Positions 48,351 to 51,476 of a DNA stretch of 51,476 bases are shown here, in pieces. The notes beneath the pieces were generated by a model. That model was not told where the DNA came from. It searched no databases and saw only the letters and a program-made list of their open reading frames with translations. Origin of the DNA: an uncultured bacterium (GTDB lineage: Bacteria > SAR324 > NAC60-12); assembly GCA_964010765.1 (NCBI GenBank), contig CAXGMD010000014.1, forward strand, positions 1-51,476, written 5' to 3'. Positions within the stretch are counted from its first letter, which is position 1, and each line of letters begins with the position of its first letter. A program made the translations under genes and the position numbers.

Positions 48351-49478
48351 ATGGCGAGCATCAGCGACGACAAACTCAAAATCACGATTTATCCAGGCCG
48401 TCAGCAAGACGTGACCGCCGGGCTCTATCTCGACATGGACAACGACATGCGTCAACTGGCGCAGAAGACCTTGTCGGGATTCTCCACTCTGCGCAACAAT
48501 TTTCTGCAAATCGGACGACTGAACCGTGTGTTGGAGTTGCTCCAGGGCATGCTGGTCGAACAACTCTACAGCTTGCGCCAAGTTCCTGACAACCTGACCC
48601 AGGCGCTCAAACTAAAGGGAGCCAACCAGAGCGAGATTCCTTGTGAGACCTTTCAGGATTTCGAGAAGCAGTCCTGCAATCCAGAGGTCTTCCTTCATCG
48701 CACCCGTCTGAAGATTAAGCGGACTCTGCGCAATCTTCAGGAATTGACAAAAGCTTTTCCAGATGAACCGATGCTGCAAGAAGTCGAGCAGATGCTCCGT
48801 GCTTTGCCAGCAGATCTGGACGCGGTCAAGCTAGAGGAAGAGATCGTTGCGCTAACCCAGAAGCCCTCCTTTCAGCACTACTTGCAAGCAAAGGATCGTT
48901 TCCTAGTTGACTGGATCAAGGCCCAAGAAGCGGAACAAGGACAAATCGATCCGCGGACGCTCAGTGAATCCGAGCTTGGAGGCACGCTGAAGGCACTGCA
49001 GGGGCAGATGTCAAAAATTGAGGAGAAGCCCGAGGTGCTGCGCTACAAGAACTATCAATTCTTCCGTTCCTTCAACGCGACGACTCACTCACAACTAAAC
49101 TCGATCACACTCGGTTTCTGGAAAGACGAGAAGATGCGAGACTACTTCCTGCGTTTCATGACCGCTACCCGTAGCGCATTTGCGGAGCATGCGCCCTTCT
49201 TTGTCTTCCGCTTTGAAAATTCTTTTACCTATTTGCTTTGTGGCTTCCCTGACGACCAGCTTTTGAACGCACTGGAACGCAACCAGGAGATGGTGCCTGT
49301 TCATGCTAAGATCTTGATGCGCCAAGCCAACCAGTCCTACCGTGAACTGAGAAGTGAGGATGATCCAGAGAATTATCACACTTGTCTCAAGGCAGCGATG
49401 CATCCCTTCGTTCATCACCTCAACCGGCGTGTTCGTATGGAACTGCCGGACGAGTTCCTCAACTTCTTCCGCGTCTGA
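48351..49478 (+). CDS. Hypothetical protein
   Basis: Long ORF with coding-like composition; start placed at MASISDD; ends 15 nt before obgE. Confidence 0.75.
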   Translation: MASISDDKLKITIYPGRQQDVTAGLYLDMDNDMRQLAQKTLSGFSTLRNNFLQIGRLNRVLELLQGMLVEQLYSLRQVPDNLTQALKLKGANQSEIPCETFQDFEKQSCNPEVFLHRTRLKIKRTLRNLQELTKAFPDEPMLQEVEQMLRALPADLDAVKLEEEIVALTQKPSFQHYLQAKDRFLVDWIKAQEAEQGQIDPRTLSESELGGTLKALQGQMSKIEEKPEVLRYKNYQFFRSFNATTHSQLNSITLGFWKDEKMRDYFLRFMTATRSAFAEHAPFFVFRFENSFTYLLCGFPDDQLLNALERNQEMVPVHAKILMRQANQSYRELRSEDDPENYHTCLKAAMHPFVHHLNRRVRMELPDEFLNFFRV

Positions 49479-49493
49479 GGCACGGCCTCTTCC

Positions 49494-50525
49494 ATGAAAT
49501 TTGTTGATTCGGTCAAGATCCATGTCCGCTCTGGCAAGGGAGGAGCGGGCTGCACCTCCTTTCGTCGTGAAAAGTTTGTCGAATTTGGTGGACCCGATGG
49601 TGGGGACGGCGGCGAGGGTGGAAGCATTCGCTTTGTCGGAGATCATGCCCGCAGCACCTTGCTCGACCTCTCCTTCCAACAACATCAACACGCAGAAAAT
49701 GGCCAGTCGGGTGGTGGACGCAACAAGCATGGGCGTAACGGCAAGGACTGCATGGTTCGTGTTCCTCTCGGAACCGTGGTCTGTGATGAAGAAAATGGAG
49801 ATATCCTGCTGGAGATTCTCGAAGAACGAGAATACCTGTTCCTCAAGGGGGGACGAGGAGGACGGGGCAATGCGCGCTTCAAAACCTCAACGAATCGGGC
49901 CCCTGAGCACCACCAACCGGGTGAATCCTCGCAGGAACTTTGGATCCGTCTTGAGCTTAAGTTGATGGCTGATGTCGGTCTGGTTGGCTTCCCCAACGCT
50001 GGCAAGTCCACGCTGATCAGCAAGCTCTCCCACGCTCGACCCAAAGTGGCAGATTACCCTTTCACCACACTGGTTCCTCAACTTGGTGTGGTCAAGCACA
50101 ATGAGTATGAAGCCTTCGTGATTGCTGACATCCCGGGTTTGATCGAGGGAGCACACGAAGGACGGGGGCTGGGAGATCGCTTCCTGCGCCACATTGAACG
50201 CACCGCGATTCTGCTGTTGATGCTGGATGTCTCCGGTTTTTCCGAGGCGCCACCGCTGGAAGAGTATGCGACCCTACTGCACGAGTTGGAGTCTTTCGAG
50301 CCGACCCTGTCAGAAAAACCTCGGGCGATTGCGTTGACCAAGCTGGACAGTGTCCATGATCTGAAGGAAACTGGAGAAATTCGTGATTCACTGGAAGCGA
50401 AAGGAGAGACCGTTTTCACGATCTCCTCTCTGAATGGCAGCGGCCTGCAAGAGCTGCAACAGCACTTGGCGGATATTGTGCGCGAGGTCCGTAACCCCAT
50501 TCTTGATGAAGAACCCCCGGCATGA
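49494..50525 (+). CDS. obgE: GTPase ObgE/CgtA
   Basis: 'FRREKFV..GGPDGGDGG', 'GFPNAGKST', 'YPFTT', 'DIPG', 'TKLD'. Confidence 0.97.
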   Translation: MKFVDSVKIHVRSGKGGAGCTSFRREKFVEFGGPDGGDGGEGGSIRFVGDHARSTLLDLSFQQHQHAENGQSGGGRNKHGRNGKDCMVRVPLGTVVCDEENGDILLEILEEREYLFLKGGRGGRGNARFKTSTNRAPEHHQPGESSQELWIRLELKLMADVGLVGFPNAGKSTLISKLSHARPKVADYPFTTLVPQLGVVKHNEYEAFVIADIPGLIEGAHEGRGLGDRFLRHIERTAILLLMLDVSGFSEAPPLEEYATLLHELESFEPTLSEKPRAIALTKLDSVHDLKETGEIRDSLEAKGETVFTISSLNGSGLQELQQHLADIVREVRNPILDEEPPA

Positions 50526-50887
50526 AGACTGAAACTTACACCGATTTATCTGTCCTCTGCCTCCGGGCGGGTGCCCCACGAGGTGATGTGACCTATGAGC
50601 GGGTGGAAGCCTTCCATCAAGAGTACTGGAACGCGTTGCCCCTGGCCAACTTCGAGTGGATGCACAATGGTGTCTACTACGAGCTCTTGACAGCCAACGT
50701 GCCGCGTGATTTATTCAAGGAGATGATGACCCGCTACCGGGACCTGAGCTTTCTGGCTCGCTACCACCGAGGTTCAGAATTCGCAGGATGGTTATCAGGA
50801 GCCGGAAGCAAACACCTGACGAATCGAGCGATGATTCGCGAATACCTGCGTCAGCACCTGCCTCACCGAGAGATTCACGCCGCATGA
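50522..50887 (+). CDS. Hypothetical protein
   Basis: 121 aa; ATGA overlaps at both ends (obgE and ccmH). Confidence 0.75.
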   Translation: MKTETYTDLSVLCLRAGAPRGDVTYERVEAFHQEYWNALPLANFEWMHNGVYYELLTANVPRDLFKEMMTRYRDLSFLARYHRGSEFAGWLSGAGSKHLTNRAMIREYLRQHLPHREIHAA

Positions 50888-51345
50888 AACGTTTCTCAAC
50901 ACTGTTGCTCCCTCTGCTGGTGGCTGGTTGCCTGTCGCTGCACGCTCAAGCCATTGATGAGGATCTGGTTCACGAGATCGCGGACAATTTGCGTTGCCCG
51001 ACTTGTCAAGGGCTCTCGGTCAATGATTCTGAAGCAGGCTTTTCAGTACAGATGCGCAACAAGGTTCGGGAAATGTTGATGGCGGGGCAAGGTCGGGAAG
51101 AGATTGAGGCCTACTTTGTCGCTCGCTATGGCGAGTGGATCTTACGGACTCCTCCAGCGCAAGGCTTCAACCTGTTGATCTGGATCCTACCAGCTCTCGG
51201 GCTAGCCGGAGGATTCTGGTTCGTCTGGAGTAAATCCAGTCAATGGAAAGCCAAGGATCAATTAGCCCCAGAAGAATTGGATTCCCTCACTGCAGAAGAA
51301 GAACGCCAGGTGCTTCAGGACCTGAAACGATTCGAAAACAGCTAA
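50884..51345 (+). CDS. ccmH: Cytochrome c biogenesis protein CcmH/CcmL
   Basis: Signal peptide, 'LRCPTCQG', 'RYGEWIL..PP', TM 'LIWILP'. Confidence 0.9.
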   Translation: MKRFSTLLLPLLVAGCLSLHAQAIDEDLVHEIADNLRCPTCQGLSVNDSEAGFSVQMRNKVREMLMAGQGREEIEAYFVARYGEWILRTPPAQGFNLLIWILPALGLAGGFWFVWSKSSQWKAKDQLAPEELDSLTAEEERQVLQDLKRFENS

Positions 51346-51360
51346 CCTTCCTCCTCTCAC

Positions 51361-51434
51361 GCGCCCATAGCTCAACTGGATAGAGCAACTGACTTCTAAT
51401 CAGTAGGTTTCAGGTTCAAGTCCTGATGGGCGCA
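51361..51434 (+). tRNA. tRNA-Arg(TCT)
   Basis: GCGCCCATAGCTCAACTGGATAGAGCA-ACTGA-CTTCTAA-TCAGT-AGGTTTCAGGTTCAAGTCCTGATGGGCGCA; CCA not encoded. Confidence 0.96.
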
Positions 51435-51476
51435 CGCCTTGCGGGGGATTTCAACACTCGCACTTACTAGCACAAA

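Overview
A 51.5 kb, mostly housekeeping stretch of a bacterial chromosome. The gene content and protein style suggest a marine deltaproteobacterium-like lineage such as SAR324; this is inference, not a search result. It holds about 55 CDS. These include the rpsB-tsf-pyrH-frr block joined to mraY-fabG-acpP-fabF, plus pheT, ddl, cysK, trmL, tgt, lysA, mtnN, panB, aceB, obgE, apaG and ccmH. RNA genes are RNase P RNA, tRNA-Pro(TGG) and tRNA-Arg(TCT). I found no CRISPR array, integrase, intact transposase or phage genes, and no clearly new multi-gene system. The best leads are single-locus oddities: (1) a near-consensus sigma28 promoter driving an unknown exported protein; (2) a lipoamide-dehydrogenase-family flavoprotein lacking both redox cysteines; (3) a cereblon (CULT) homologue with an intact ligand cage; (4) a 41-aa lipoprotein missed by the ORF track; (5) a ParA with an in-frame internal deletion; (6) a divergent, relocated MraY; (7) an atypical pheT without pheS; (8) a stand-alone RibD deaminase domain coupled to GDP-fucose synthase; (9) a CNNM gene whose reading frame continues past an amber stop. 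All family calls come from motif recognition by eye; no database searches were run.
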